NCBI GenBank assembly: GCA_044376575.1
Contig: JBILKR010000006.1
Span: forward strand, 24,211-88,210
DNA: 64,000 bases
From: Flavobacteriales bacterium
GTDB lineage: Bacteria; Bacteroidota; Bacteroidia; CAIKAF01
Direction: 5' to 3'
Made by a program: the position numbers and the translations under genes. The notes under the pieces were generated by a model. It made no database searches, was not told the DNA's origin, and saw nothing but the letters and a program-made list of their open reading frames with translations. This document shows, piece after piece, positions 50,793 through 61,600 of this stretch; the first letter of the stretch is position 1; each line of letters starts with the position of its first letter.

Positions 50793-51395
50793 TTACTTCG
50801 TTGTTTGTTTTGGTTCAGCTTCTGAAATTGAAACCGGTATCGCTTTTTTTATTGCTTCTGCCTGGTCTTCATATTTCGTATCTGTTTTAGCTAACGCTTG
50901 TAATTCATCAAATGACTTTGCGAATTTCTCCTGACTTAGGTCATTTCTTAACTCGTTAAAAGCACGGGTTAACACATCCTGTACTGCCATGTATTTATCA
51001 AATGAAGTTAGCCTGTCGTTTTGCAGGGAAACTACACCTTTAGATACATTGTAAGTTCCGATACCCTCGATGGCAGTTGCCGTTTTTTCAGGTAGTTCAG
51101 ATGAGTTATTCTTATTTAAAATAAACTCCTTCACTTTATCTTTCAAGATGGTGATGTCACCCGGTTCTCCGTTCACCAGTAATTCGTCATTACGGTTCAC
51201 AAGAACGATGAATACGTTTCTTCTTTTTACATCCGGCGGATCAATATTTTCCGGTTGCTTTTCAGGTAATTTACGCTGAATACCGGTATCCTGTTCCATG
51301 GTTGTTGTAACAAGAAAAAACACCAACAACAGGAAGGCGATGTCTGCCATAGACCCTGCGTTAATTTCTGGTGCTGTTCTGTTTTTCTTTGCCAT
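50793..51395 (-). CDS. exbD: Biopolymer transport protein ExbD/TolR paralogue with an extended helical C-terminal tail.
   Basis: MADIAFLLLVFFLVTT TM motif. At 200 aa it is about 60 aa longer than a typical ExbD. Confidence 0.8.
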   Translation of the reverse strand: MAKKNRTAPEINAGSMADIAFLLLVFFLVTTTMEQDTGIQRKLPEKQPENIDPPDVKRRNVFIVLVNRNDELLVNGEPGDITILKDKVKEFILNKNNSSELPEKTATAIEGIGTYNVSKGVVSLQNDRLTSFDKYMAVQDVLTRAFNELRNDLSQEKFAKSFDELQALAKTDTKYEDQAEAIKKAIPVSISEAEPKQTTK

Positions 51396-51403
51396 GAAGC
51401 TAA

Positions 51404-51859
51404 TTATTTAAAAATTTTCCAAACCTCTGTTCCAACAATTGCAGCAAGCGATAACCCGATAAGAATATAAACAGTAGTTAAGGCTCCATCAATCATTTTT
51501 AAGGTGGTGGACGGAATCGATTTAACCATCGCTACCATATCCACTGATTTGCCTTCCAAAGTTACATGATCATTTCCCATGGCATAACCAATAAAGAATA
51601 TAACCAGAACAATACCGACTGCAATAACAGACATTAACGCAGATTTTGGATTCATTAATAAACCGCGAATAATAAAACCTAGAATAATAAGTAATATCAA
51701 TCCAACACCAACGTAGGATAAGTCAAGACCAAATATGACCTTATTTCCTAAAGAATCCATGTCGGATGCATACATCATTATACTTGCAACAAGACCAATG
51801 ACAACAAGCAGAGCCGCAAGAATTCTGCCTGCAAGACTGGCATATTTAAATGTATTCAT
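51404..51859 (-). CDS. Small polytopic membrane protein of unknown function embedded in the exbB-exbD operon.
   Basis: 151 aa with about 4 predicted TM helices. It has no Pro-rich or TonB-C features. Confidence 0.45.
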   Translation of the reverse strand: MNTFKYASLAGRILAALLVVIGLVASIMMYASDMDSLGNKVIFGLDLSYVGVGLILLIILGFIIRGLLMNPKSALMSVIAVGIVLVIFFIGYAMGNDHVTLEGKSVDMVAMVKSIPSTTLKMIDGALTTVYILIGLSLAAIVGTEVWKIFK

Positions 51860-51879
51860 AAATGAATTTCTTAAAATAA

Positions 51880-52686
51880 TTATTTTTTACCTACACCTTT
51901 TTTAACAAGGATATCAATGAAATCGATAGAAGCCTCTTCCATATCTCCAACCAATGAATCAATTTTAGATACGATATAGTTATAGAAAACCTGAAGAATC
52001 ATCGCAACAACAAGACCGAATACAGTAGTAATCAAGGCTACCTTCATACCACCTGCAACGATACTTGGAGAAATATCTCCTGCTGCTTCAATCGCGTCGA
52101 ATGCAAGGATCATACCTACAACCGTACCAAAGAATCCCAACATCGGAGCAAGGGCGATACATAAGTTTAACCATGACATTCCTTTTTCCATTTTACTCAT
52201 TTCAACACCACCGTAAGAAACGATAGATTTCTCAATAATTTCAATTCCTTCATCAGCCCTGTTCAATCCTTCATACAAAACTCCGGCAATAGGTCCGCTA
52301 GTTGAACGGCAAACTTCTTTAGCCGCATTCACACCACCTGAAGATAATGCACTTTCAACATTCTGTAAAAATTTCTGAGTATTGATTGAAGACATATTCA
52401 AATAGATAATACGCTCAATTGACAAAGCAATTCCAAGAATAAACACCAAAAGGATTGGCACCATATACTCGTAACCTCCTTCAATAAATTTATCTTTCAT
52501 TCCCTGTCTAAAACCCACCTCAGTTACCGGAGCAACTTCAGGAGTAGCTGCAGTGGCAGCAGAATCAGGTGCTGCGGCTGCAGCAGAATCTGTTTTGGCC
52601 TGAATGGAATCTTGAGCATTCAACATTGTGTAAGAACTTACAGATAGAGTTAACACAACAGTAAAAAGAGCAATTACTTTTTTCAT
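51880..52686 (-). CDS. exbB: MotA/TolQ/ExbB proton-channel protein.
   Basis: Signal peptide and Ala/Pro-rich linker, followed by a 3-TM MotA/ExbB core (GFFGTVVGMILAF). Confidence 0.85.
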   Translation of the reverse strand: MKKVIALFTVVLTLSVSSYTMLNAQDSIQAKTDSAAAAAPDSAATAATPEVAPVTEVGFRQGMKDKFIEGGYEYMVPILLVFILGIALSIERIIYLNMSSINTQKFLQNVESALSSGGVNAAKEVCRSTSGPIAGVLYEGLNRADEGIEIIEKSIVSYGGVEMSKMEKGMSWLNLCIALAPMLGFFGTVVGMILAFDAIEAAGDISPSIVAGGMKVALITTVFGLVVAMILQVFYNYIVSKIDSLVGDMEEASIDFIDILVKKGVGKK

Positions 52687-52756
52687 CTTTTTGATTTTTG
52701 ATAGTTCAATGTAATATTAATTTTTAATTTTTTTGTTTTGCTTTTGGATTCAGCAG

Positions 52757-52846
52757 TGGCGGAGAGAGAGGGATTCGAACCCTCGATACCCTTACGAGTA
52801 TACTACCTTTCCAGGGTAGCCAGTTCAACCACTCCTGCACCTCTCC
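52757..52846 (-). tRNA. tRNA-Ser (anticodon GGA), 90 nt including the CCA end.
   Basis: Hand-folded. Acceptor stem GGAGAGG pairs with TCTCTCC. D-stem CAG/CTG. Anticodon stem CTACC/GGTAG with loop CTGGAAA. Long variable arm. T-arm GAGGG-TTCGAAT-CCCTC. Discriminator G followed by CCA. Confidence 0.85.
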
Positions 52847-52939
52847 ATCAAGGTTTGCTCCATTCACAAAACGGGTCGAAAATACAAAAAAATAAAGAAA
52901 CCCAAATTAATTTTTAATAAATATAATGCGGATGATGTA

Positions 52940-53962
52940 TTATAATGAAACTTCTCCGCTAATTGATTTGCCCCAAGCCTCTTTAACCTTATTTAGCGAG
53001 TTATAATTTGCAAGCAAATGCATCAACTTGGTAACTGCCGCCTCTCTGGTAATATCAGCTCCTCCGCAAACACCGGCATCTTTTAATGCTTTGCTGGTTT
53101 GATATTTACCCATTTGTACTGCTCCCTGAGGGCATTGTGTAATATTAATAATTACTATTCCACGGCGCTGAGCATCATTAATCAATTCAAAAAACCAGGG
53201 GAGTAGTGGTCCATTGCCAAATCCGTATGTTTCAATTATCAGCGCCCTTAAACCCGGAGTATTTAAAATATTTTCAAATACCACTTTACTAAATCCGGGG
53301 AATAAAGTAAAAACAGCAAGGGATGAATCCAGATTCTTATTAAAAACAGGCAATGAAGATGGCAATGGCAAAATGGCCTTTTCATTAAACTCTATGTTTA
53401 CACCCGCATCTGCAAGCACAGGATAATTCGGAGAGAGATACGCATTAAAATGATTCGCGCTAAATTTAAAAGTTCTGTTAGCGCGATACAATTTATATTC
53501 AAAATAAATACAAACTTCAGGAACCAGAGGTTTATTGTTTTTTTTAGTCGCAGCAATTTCAATCGCTGTAATTAAATTTTCTTTCCCGTCTGTTCTTATT
53601 TTTCCTATGGGCAATTGTGATCCCGTAAATACTATCGGTTTGCTCAAGTTCTGAATCATAAAACTTAATGCAGAAGCAGTGTATGCCATGGTATCAGTAC
53701 CATGTAACACAACAAACCCATCAACAAGTTCATAGTTTTTTTCAATAATTTCAACGAGTTTAATCCAATCGCCAGGGTGCATATCTGACGAATCTTTGGG
53801 TTGGGTAAATGCCTCAACGATGATATCTGCATCTACAATTTTCAATTCAGGTATGTACGAATACAATTGGTCAAAATTTACCGGTTTAAGGGATTGCGTT
53901 TCTGCATCCTCAAAACTTCCAATTGTTCCTCCCGTATATATCAATAAAATTTTTGATTTCAT
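52940..53962 (-). CDS. ansA: L-asparaginase (type I).
   Basis: The N-terminus LLIYTGGTIGS contains the catalytic Thr motif. Length 340 aa. Confidence 0.85.
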   Translation of the reverse strand: MKSKILLIYTGGTIGSFEDAETQSLKPVNFDQLYSYIPELKIVDADIIVEAFTQPKDSSDMHPGDWIKLVEIIEKNYELVDGFVVLHGTDTMAYTASALSFMIQNLSKPIVFTGSQLPIGKIRTDGKENLITAIEIAATKKNNKPLVPEVCIYFEYKLYRANRTFKFSANHFNAYLSPNYPVLADAGVNIEFNEKAILPLPSSLPVFNKNLDSSLAVFTLFPGFSKVVFENILNTPGLRALIIETYGFGNGPLLPWFFELINDAQRRGIVIINITQCPQGAVQMGKYQTSKALKDAGVCGGADITREAAVTKLMHLLANYNSLNKVKEAWGKSISGEVSL

Positions 53963-54747
53963 GAATTTTTATTTTCAAAAACAGACATCGCATTTTGATT
54001 TGTAATATTGGCCAGTTCAGCTAATGAAATTTGAAATATATCTGCCATTTTTCTGGCAATATGAATAAGATGAACAGAATGATTTCTTTGACCACGAAAT
54101 GGAACAGGTGCAAGATATGGCGCATCTGTTTCGAGAACAATTCGATCTAATCCAATATCAGGAAGTATTGAAGCAAGATGTGAATTTTTAAAAGTCACAA
54201 CCCCTCCTATTCCGATATAATATCCCAATTCTATAATTTCTTTAGCCTGTTCGAGGGTACCTGTAAAGCAATGAAAAATTCCCTTCCTTTTCACCTCCGG
54301 CAAGTGCTTTAACAATAAAATCAAGTCATCCATCGAATCTCTCGAATGTATAATAATAGGCAAGTTCAACTCATTTGCCCATGATGCTTGTACGCTAAAT
54401 GCATCTTTTTGTTCCTGGATATAGGTTTTATCCCAATAATAATCCAGTCCAATCTCCCCTACCGCCGCATACTTAACTTCTTTATTATTAAAAGCCTCTT
54501 CAGCGGCATATAATTCTACCTTATAATTCTCTTTCACAGAACAGGGGTGAATTCCCATCATCGGATAAAAAAACTCCGGATTCTTTTTTGTTAATTCAAT
54601 TAATGGTCCGATAGTAGATGTATCTACATTCGGTAAATATACCCGGAACACCCCTGAAGACAGGATTTGCTGTGACAGCATATCCCATTCTTCCTTAAAG
54701 GAATCTTCATATAAATGGGCATGGGTATCAATAAATAGGGAATTCAT
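53959..54747 (-). CDS. tatD: TatD-family metal-dependent hydrolase (DNase).
   Basis: FIDTHAHL metal-binding motif at the N-terminus. The start is placed at MNSLFIDTHAHL; the ORF itself opens at 54810. Confidence 0.8.
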   Translation of the reverse strand: MNSLFIDTHAHLYEDSFKEEWDMLSQQILSSGVFRVYLPNVDTSTIGPLIELTKKNPEFFYPMMGIHPCSVKENYKVELYAAEEAFNNKEVKYAAVGEIGLDYYWDKTYIQEQKDAFSVQASWANELNLPIIIHSRDSMDDLILLLKHLPEVKRKGIFHCFTGTLEQAKEIIELGYYIGIGGVVTFKNSHLASILPDIGLDRIVLETDAPYLAPVPFRGQRNHSVHLIHIARKMADIFQISLAELANITNQNAMSVFENKNS

Positions 54748-54972
54748 TATAAATACAAACATATTGCTCCTAAACGGATTTTCAAATTTTACACCCATGC
54801 AACCACTCAACGTTTCATTCCCTCTTTGATTTTATGGTTATAAAAACTATATTTGACACCTTGTAATAATAAAAATTCCGTCTATAGATAAACCTTTACA
54901 TTGTTTTTAAATTATTTTTTGATTTAAGTTTTTCGGATTAATGCCGATAAACACTTTTGTTTATTATAGTTT

Positions 54973-55560
54973 ATGATAGATCATTTAGACGGTAACATCG
55001 ACAAAATAACACCCACTTACACCGTGATTGACTGTAACGGTATCGGGTACTTAGCCAATATTTCCTTGCATACTTTTTCAAAGATTAAAGAGTTGAAAAA
55101 GGTGAAACTACTTACACACTTATCGATTCGAGAAGACGCGCATGTTTTATTTGGTTTTGCAGAGGAACATGAACGTGACGTATTTCGTCATTTAATAACC
55201 GTATCAGGTGTAGGATCAAATACCGCCCGGATGATTCTCTCTTCTTTAACACCATCAGATACTGAAATGGCTATTCTATCCGGTGACGTACTTACTTTAA
55301 AAAAGGTAAAAGGAATCGGGGCAAAAACAGCAGAACGTATTATTATAGATTTAAAAGATAAGGTTGGTAAATCCGGATCAACTGAGGTTTCATGGTCGGG
55401 AACAACCACAATTTCACATACTCAGGAAGCAACCCTGGCATTGGTTGCATTAGGCTTTAATAAAGCGGCTATTGAAAAAGCTATGCAAAAAGTTCAGTCT
55501 GAATTGAGCAAAGATTCAAAAGTGGAAGACCAAATCAAATGTGCATTAAAATATCTTTAA
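54973..55560 (+). CDS. ruvA: Holliday junction DNA helicase subunit RuvA.
   Basis: MIDHL.G.I consensus start and an HhH pair (ISGVGSNTARMIL / VKGIGAKTAERII). Length 195 aa. Confidence 0.9.
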   Translation: MIDHLDGNIDKITPTYTVIDCNGIGYLANISLHTFSKIKELKKVKLLTHLSIREDAHVLFGFAEEHERDVFRHLITVSGVGSNTARMILSSLTPSDTEMAILSGDVLTLKKVKGIGAKTAERIIIDLKDKVGKSGSTEVSWSGTTTISHTQEATLALVALGFNKAAIEKAMQKVQSELSKDSKVEDQIKCALKYL

Positions 55561-55606
55561 ACTTCTTCAGCCAAAATTAATGATATCAAACTTGAATATA
55601 TTTAAA

Positions 55607-58600
55607 ATGAAACAGAAACTTTTCTGTTCGTTTTTTGTATTGGTATTATTGATGAGTGGTTTAACCTCATTTGCTCAGACAGACACCACTAATCATGATC
55701 AAATCGGTGTTACAAATCCTTCAAACATAACAGAAGAAGTTCAGTTTGACGAATCCAACAATCAGTATATCGTTTTAAAAAAAGTAGGTAATATCTTATT
55801 AAGCACTGATTATTACTCTGCAGAAGATTATCGAAAAAAAATGTTGAATCAGTCGGCACTTGATTACTGGAGAGAAAAAGAAAAAAGTAGGGCCGGAGGA
55901 AACGATGCAAACAGCCTGATTCCACCAATCAACATTAAAAATGAATTGTTTAAAGGAATTTTCGGAAGCAATAAAATTGAAATCAGGCCTCAGGGATCTG
56001 CAGAATTAATTTTAGGTGTTCGCGTCAACAAAACGGAAAATCCCAATATTCCATTACAACAGCGAACTGTTACCACATTCAATTTCGATCAGAATATCCA
56101 GTTAAATGTATTGGGGAAAATTGGTGATAAAATTCAATTAAACGCGAATTTTAATACCAAGGCCTTATTCAATTTTGAGAATCAGATGAACTTAAAATAT
56201 GAAGGTGGGGAAGATGATATCCTTCAATTGCTTGAGTTTGGTAATGTATCTCTGCCTCTTACCGGAACATTGATTCAGGGTAGTCAGTCGTTGTTTGGAG
56301 TAAAGAATAAACTAAAGTTTGGAAAGCTGGAAATCACTTCTATTTTTACACAACAGCAAGGTCAAAAACAAAATATTACTGTTGAAGGCGGAGCACAAAT
56401 TACCAAATTTGAAGTATCCTGTGCCAACTACGAAGCCAACCGACACTATTTTCTGGGAGATTATTTCATGCATCAGTTTGATAATGCCAACAAGACATTA
56501 CCATATGTAACATCGCCTGTGTATATCACACGTATTGAGGTTTGGGTAACTAACAGAATCAATGCCACAGAGAATGTTCGAAACATTGTTGCCATTTTAC
56601 CTCTTGGCGAATCTTTGCCTAACACCAATATTTTTCCTCAAAATGAAGGATCAACTTATAACCCTCAATCCCTTCCACCAAGTATTCGTGATATCACATC
56701 ACAAACATTATTCAACCAACTGCAAAACGGGCTGGAAATAGAAAAACTGGCCAATGCCAGATTACTGAACGCAAATGAATTTAGTTTTGATCCCTACCTT
56801 GGATACATTTCATTAAATCAGTCGCTCAATGCTGACGAGGTATTAGCAGTAGCATTTCAATATACCGCTGGCGGAAAAACCTATCAGGTAGGAGAATTTG
56901 GAACAGACCTGCAAGCACCCAATGCACTTGTTGTAAAATTATTAAAGGCGTCCAATTTTGATGTAACCAAGCCCAACTTTCCATGGATGATGAAAAATAT
57001 CTATTCTATTGGAGGTTATAACATCGGGCAGGATGATTTTACGTTGAACATTTTATATCAGGATACCGAAACCGGAGTAAAAGTAAACTACTTCCCAAAT
57101 GCAACAGGTGTAAGTGGTATTCCTCTGATTCGTTTATTTAATCTTGACCGTTTAAATCAGCAAAATGATTTAGTGTTTGATGGATTCTTCGATTTTATTG
57201 AAGGCAGAACAATTAAAGCACAGAACGGAAGAATTATTTTCCCTGTTCGAGAGCCTTTCAGCAAAAATTACTTGTCTAATGTTTTTCAGGAAGCCAATGC
57301 CTCGAACCCAATTTTCAATCCGGAAGAATATGCTGATCGTTATGCATTTGATACTCTATACAAAGTACAACAACAATTAGCAGAATTAAATCAGGAAAAG
57401 AATCGATTTTATATTGCCGGAAGTTATAAAGGTGCTTCTGGAAGTGAAATCTCACTCAACGCTTTTAATGTGCCGCAAGGTTCTGTAACAGTTACAGCGG
57501 GTGGACAAACTTTATCAGAAAATGTGGACTATACTGTAGATTACGCTGCAGGCAGGGTTCGCATCATCAATGAAAGTATATTAAATTCAGGACTGCCCAT
57601 CAACATTTCTCTTGAAAACAATGCAACATTCAATATTCAGCAAAAACGATTAATCGGAACACATATTGATTATAAATTCAATAAGAATTTTCAGATTGGT
57701 GGAACCATCATGAATCTTCAGGAAAGGCCACTTACTCAAAAAGTGGATTTGGGAAATGAGCCTGTTGATAATACCATCTGGGGATTTGATGTAAATTATT
57801 CAACCACTTCAAATTTTATTACCCGCCTCGTTGATAAAATTCCAGGAATTAATACAAAAGCACCGTCACAGATTTTATTAAACGGAGAGTTTGCTCATAT
57901 GATTCCCGGATATAATCCGGTGATTGATCAGAATGGGGAGAATGGAGTTTCTTATGTAGATGATTTTGAAGGTGCAGAAACACCAATTGATATTCGTAAT
58001 CCATTCATGTGGAAGCTAGGTTCTGTTCCTGAAGGAAATCCAAGGTTTCCCAATGGTGATGTATTTAATAATTTACAATACAACTTCAACCGTGCACGAC
58101 TGAGCTGGTTTACCATGGATCCGCTGTTTTATCGATTTAATACATTAACGCCTCAAGCGATTAAAGATAATCCGACGGTTATGACCAATAACTATATTCG
58201 TGAAGTTCAGGTTACCGAAGTATTTCCTGGTTATCAGCCGCCATTACAGCAAGGTATTCAGCCTCAACAGCTCGTATTGGATATGCATTATTATCCTGAT
58301 GAAAGAGGACCTTACAACTACGACGTAAATAATTTTGATGAATCGTTTCTCGATAAATTAAAATTGAAAAATCCCAAAACCAATTTTGGCTCAATGATGC
58401 GCCGAATGGAAACAACAGATTGGGACGCAGCGAATGTATCATATATAGAATTCTGGATGATGGATCCGTTTGATGAAAATGACCTAAATCAAATGAAAGA
58501 ATGGGAAGACGGGATTGGATCTACCAATCAAAATACTACCGGTGATGGAGGAGGTGACTTTATCATTCAAATAGGAAACATGAATGAGGATATCCTGAAA

Positions 58601-61600
58601 GATGGAAGAATGAGTTTCGAAAACGGGATGCCAACACCAACCGATCCGAACCGACCGCTTATTAATACTGCGTGGGGTAAAGTTCCGCTGCTTCAACCCA
58701 TCAATCAGAATTTTGATAATGATCCTGCAACCCGCGAATTGCAAGACATTGGATACGACGGACTAAACGATGTGGATGAAAAAGATTTCTTCACTAATTT
58801 TATTTCAGATGTTCAAAATAAATTCGGCGGACCAGGAAATCCAGTATTTGACTCCATCGCAGCCGATCCGTCAGGAGATAATTTTTCTCACTACAATGCC
58901 GAATCTTTTAACTCTGTTGGCGGTTTTGTTCCAGGATTCAACTATCCACATTCACGATATAAAAAGTTTATCGGTCCTGAAAAAAATTCTCCTGCAAGCA
59001 ACATTAATTTTTCATACGGACAGGTTCCCAACACAGAAGATGTAAACAATAACTTTACACTCGATAAACCTGAAGGTTATTATCAATATTCCGTAAGTCT
59101 CCGCCCCGGTGATTTGAACACTATTGGAGAAAATTTTATTACAGATATCTTAAACACTACTGTTCCTGTAAACATTAACGGACAGATTCAAAATAAAAAT
59201 GTAAAATGGATTCAGTTCAGAATACCTGTAAGAACTGAAGATAAGGAGCAATTTGGAACTATCAACGATTTCAGATCGATTCGTTTTATGCGTATGCTGC
59301 TTCAAGGTTTCCCGGATGATATTTATGTACGACTTGCGACCTTACAACTGGTGCGCGCAGATTGGAGAACCTACACTTCAGAACTATGGGATCCGGATGC
59401 TTTCATTACGCCAAATGCATCATCTTTTAATTCTACTACAGTAAATATTGAAGAGAACACGAGGAAAGAACCATTCCCTTATGCACTCCCTCCGGGAATT
59501 ACCCGTGAAATTGATCCGGCGAATCCTCAGTTACAGCAGTTGAATGAACAGTCACTGGTGTTAAATGTAAATGGCTTGCAAGACGGAGAAGCAAAAGGTG
59601 TATATAAGAACACACAATATGATATGCGTGCATACAAGTATTTAAAAATGTTTGTACACGAAGAACAGGTTTTAAATAATCCGCTCGACAGTCACGACCT
59701 AACATTGTTTGTTCGCCTGGGAATGGATGCCTCCGAAAACTATTATGAAGTTGAAGTTCCGCTAACGCCCTCTGATCCTTCCATCCAGCCAGTGGATCCG
59801 AATCCAAATGATCAGATTCCCAACGATGATCCTGTGTATAAAAGAAACCTTTGGTTAGCACAAAATAATCTGGTGATTGACTTGCAAAGTCTCCCTGATT
59901 TAAAATTAAAACGAAACTCACTTGGTCTGCCCTCTAACCTGCCATTCCAAGATACCGTTGACGGACGAAGAATTACTGTTGTTGGTAACCCTAACATTGC
60001 AAATGTTCGGTCGATGATGATTGGAGTCAGAAACCCGCATCAGAAACATAATCCATGGCAAACAGGTGCAAACGGAACAAAAAAAGATGACGGTCAATCT
60101 AAAACAGCACAGGTTTGGGTAAACGAATTAAGACTTACTGATTATTTTGAAGCCGGCGGCTGGGCTGCAAAGGCAAGAGGACAAGTAAATCTCGCTGACT
60201 TCGGACAAGTATCAATGGCAGTATCACATACTACTTTTGGATTTGGGAATATAGATCAAAAGCCTCAGCAACGCAGTCGAAACAACACTTCTACATTTGA
60301 TGTTACAACCAGCTTCGAATTAGGAAAATTCTTTGGCTCTAAATCCGGTGTTACCATTCCTTTATTCTTTGGGTATTCAACTAAGGTTGATGATCCTCAG
60401 TTCAACCCCCTTGATCCCGATGTATTGTTCCGCGATGCTTTGGATGTATTGCCAACTGATCAGGCGAGAGATTCATTGAAACAGATGTCGCAAACCCTCG
60501 GAACAAAAACAACTTTCAATATTACCAATATGAAAAAGACCCGCACTGACAATAAGCGGAAACCAAAGATATGGGATATTGAAAACTGGGATGCCTCATA
60601 CTCTTATGTAAAAGAAACATTTCGTGATATCCGAACTGAATACAACAATACAACTGAACAAAGGGCATCGCTTGGATATACATTCACACCGCAACCTCAA
60701 CCATGGGAACCTTTCAAAAAATCAAAAGGGCTGAAATCAAAATGGCTGAAATGGGTAAAAGACTTCAACTTTACCTGGTCGCCCAAAAGACTTGCATTCA
60801 GGGCAAATGTTGTTCGTGATGTCAATGAATTTTTACTACGCAACACTACGGATTATCCTCTATTAATCATACCGACATATCGCAAAAACTTTACCTGGAC
60901 CAGAACATACGAATTCCAGTACAGCCCGTTCAAATCATTGAATTTTACATTCAGTGCAAATAACAGTTCACGAATTGATGAACCTGAAATGAAGTTAGAC
61001 TCTTCCGTGACCCCTCGTGTACAGTTTTTTGGAAGAAATACCGGTTATACGCACAACTGGGACGTAAGCTATTCGTTGCCACTAAGTAAAATTCCACTTA
61101 CTGACTGGATTACTGCTTCCATTGGCTACAGTGGAAATTACAAATGGACGGCCGGGAACATGGAGCGAAATCCAAATGGTGATTTTACCATGGGAAGATG
61201 GGGTAATATTGCCCAAAACGCAAATACACTGAAAGGTAATTTGCAATTGAACATGACTACGCTTTACAATAAAATTCCATGGATTAAAGATTTGAATAAG
61301 GCCAAGGGCGGACAAAAGAAAGAAGCAACGAAACAAGGGGCCGGAGGAAAAAAACCTGAAGAAAAGAAGAAAGAAGGAGAAGAGGATGAAGAAGAGGAAA
61401 AAGAAAAAGTGAAAATTAAAATTGTAAAATGGGAAAAAGCAGGAGTTAACTTTAAAGCAGGAAGAAAAAAATTATTCAAGCATAACCTAAAAACAGAAGA
61501 TGTTACATTTAAAGTAACTACACCTGATGGAAAAGTAATTAAGGGAGAGACACAAGTGGTGGATAAGAAAAAAGCGAGATTTATTGCGAGTGAAGATGCA

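Noticed and set aside
52687-52939. Possible genomic island or integration event at tRNA-Ser.
   Set aside because: No integrase, transposase or direct repeat of the tRNA 3' end is visible. Both flanks are housekeeping genes (exbB, ansA).
61264-61440. Lys/Glu-rich stretch in sprA as a possible frameshift or gene fusion point.
   Set aside because: The reading frame is continuous with no stop or shift. It is a low-complexity insert within one ORF.
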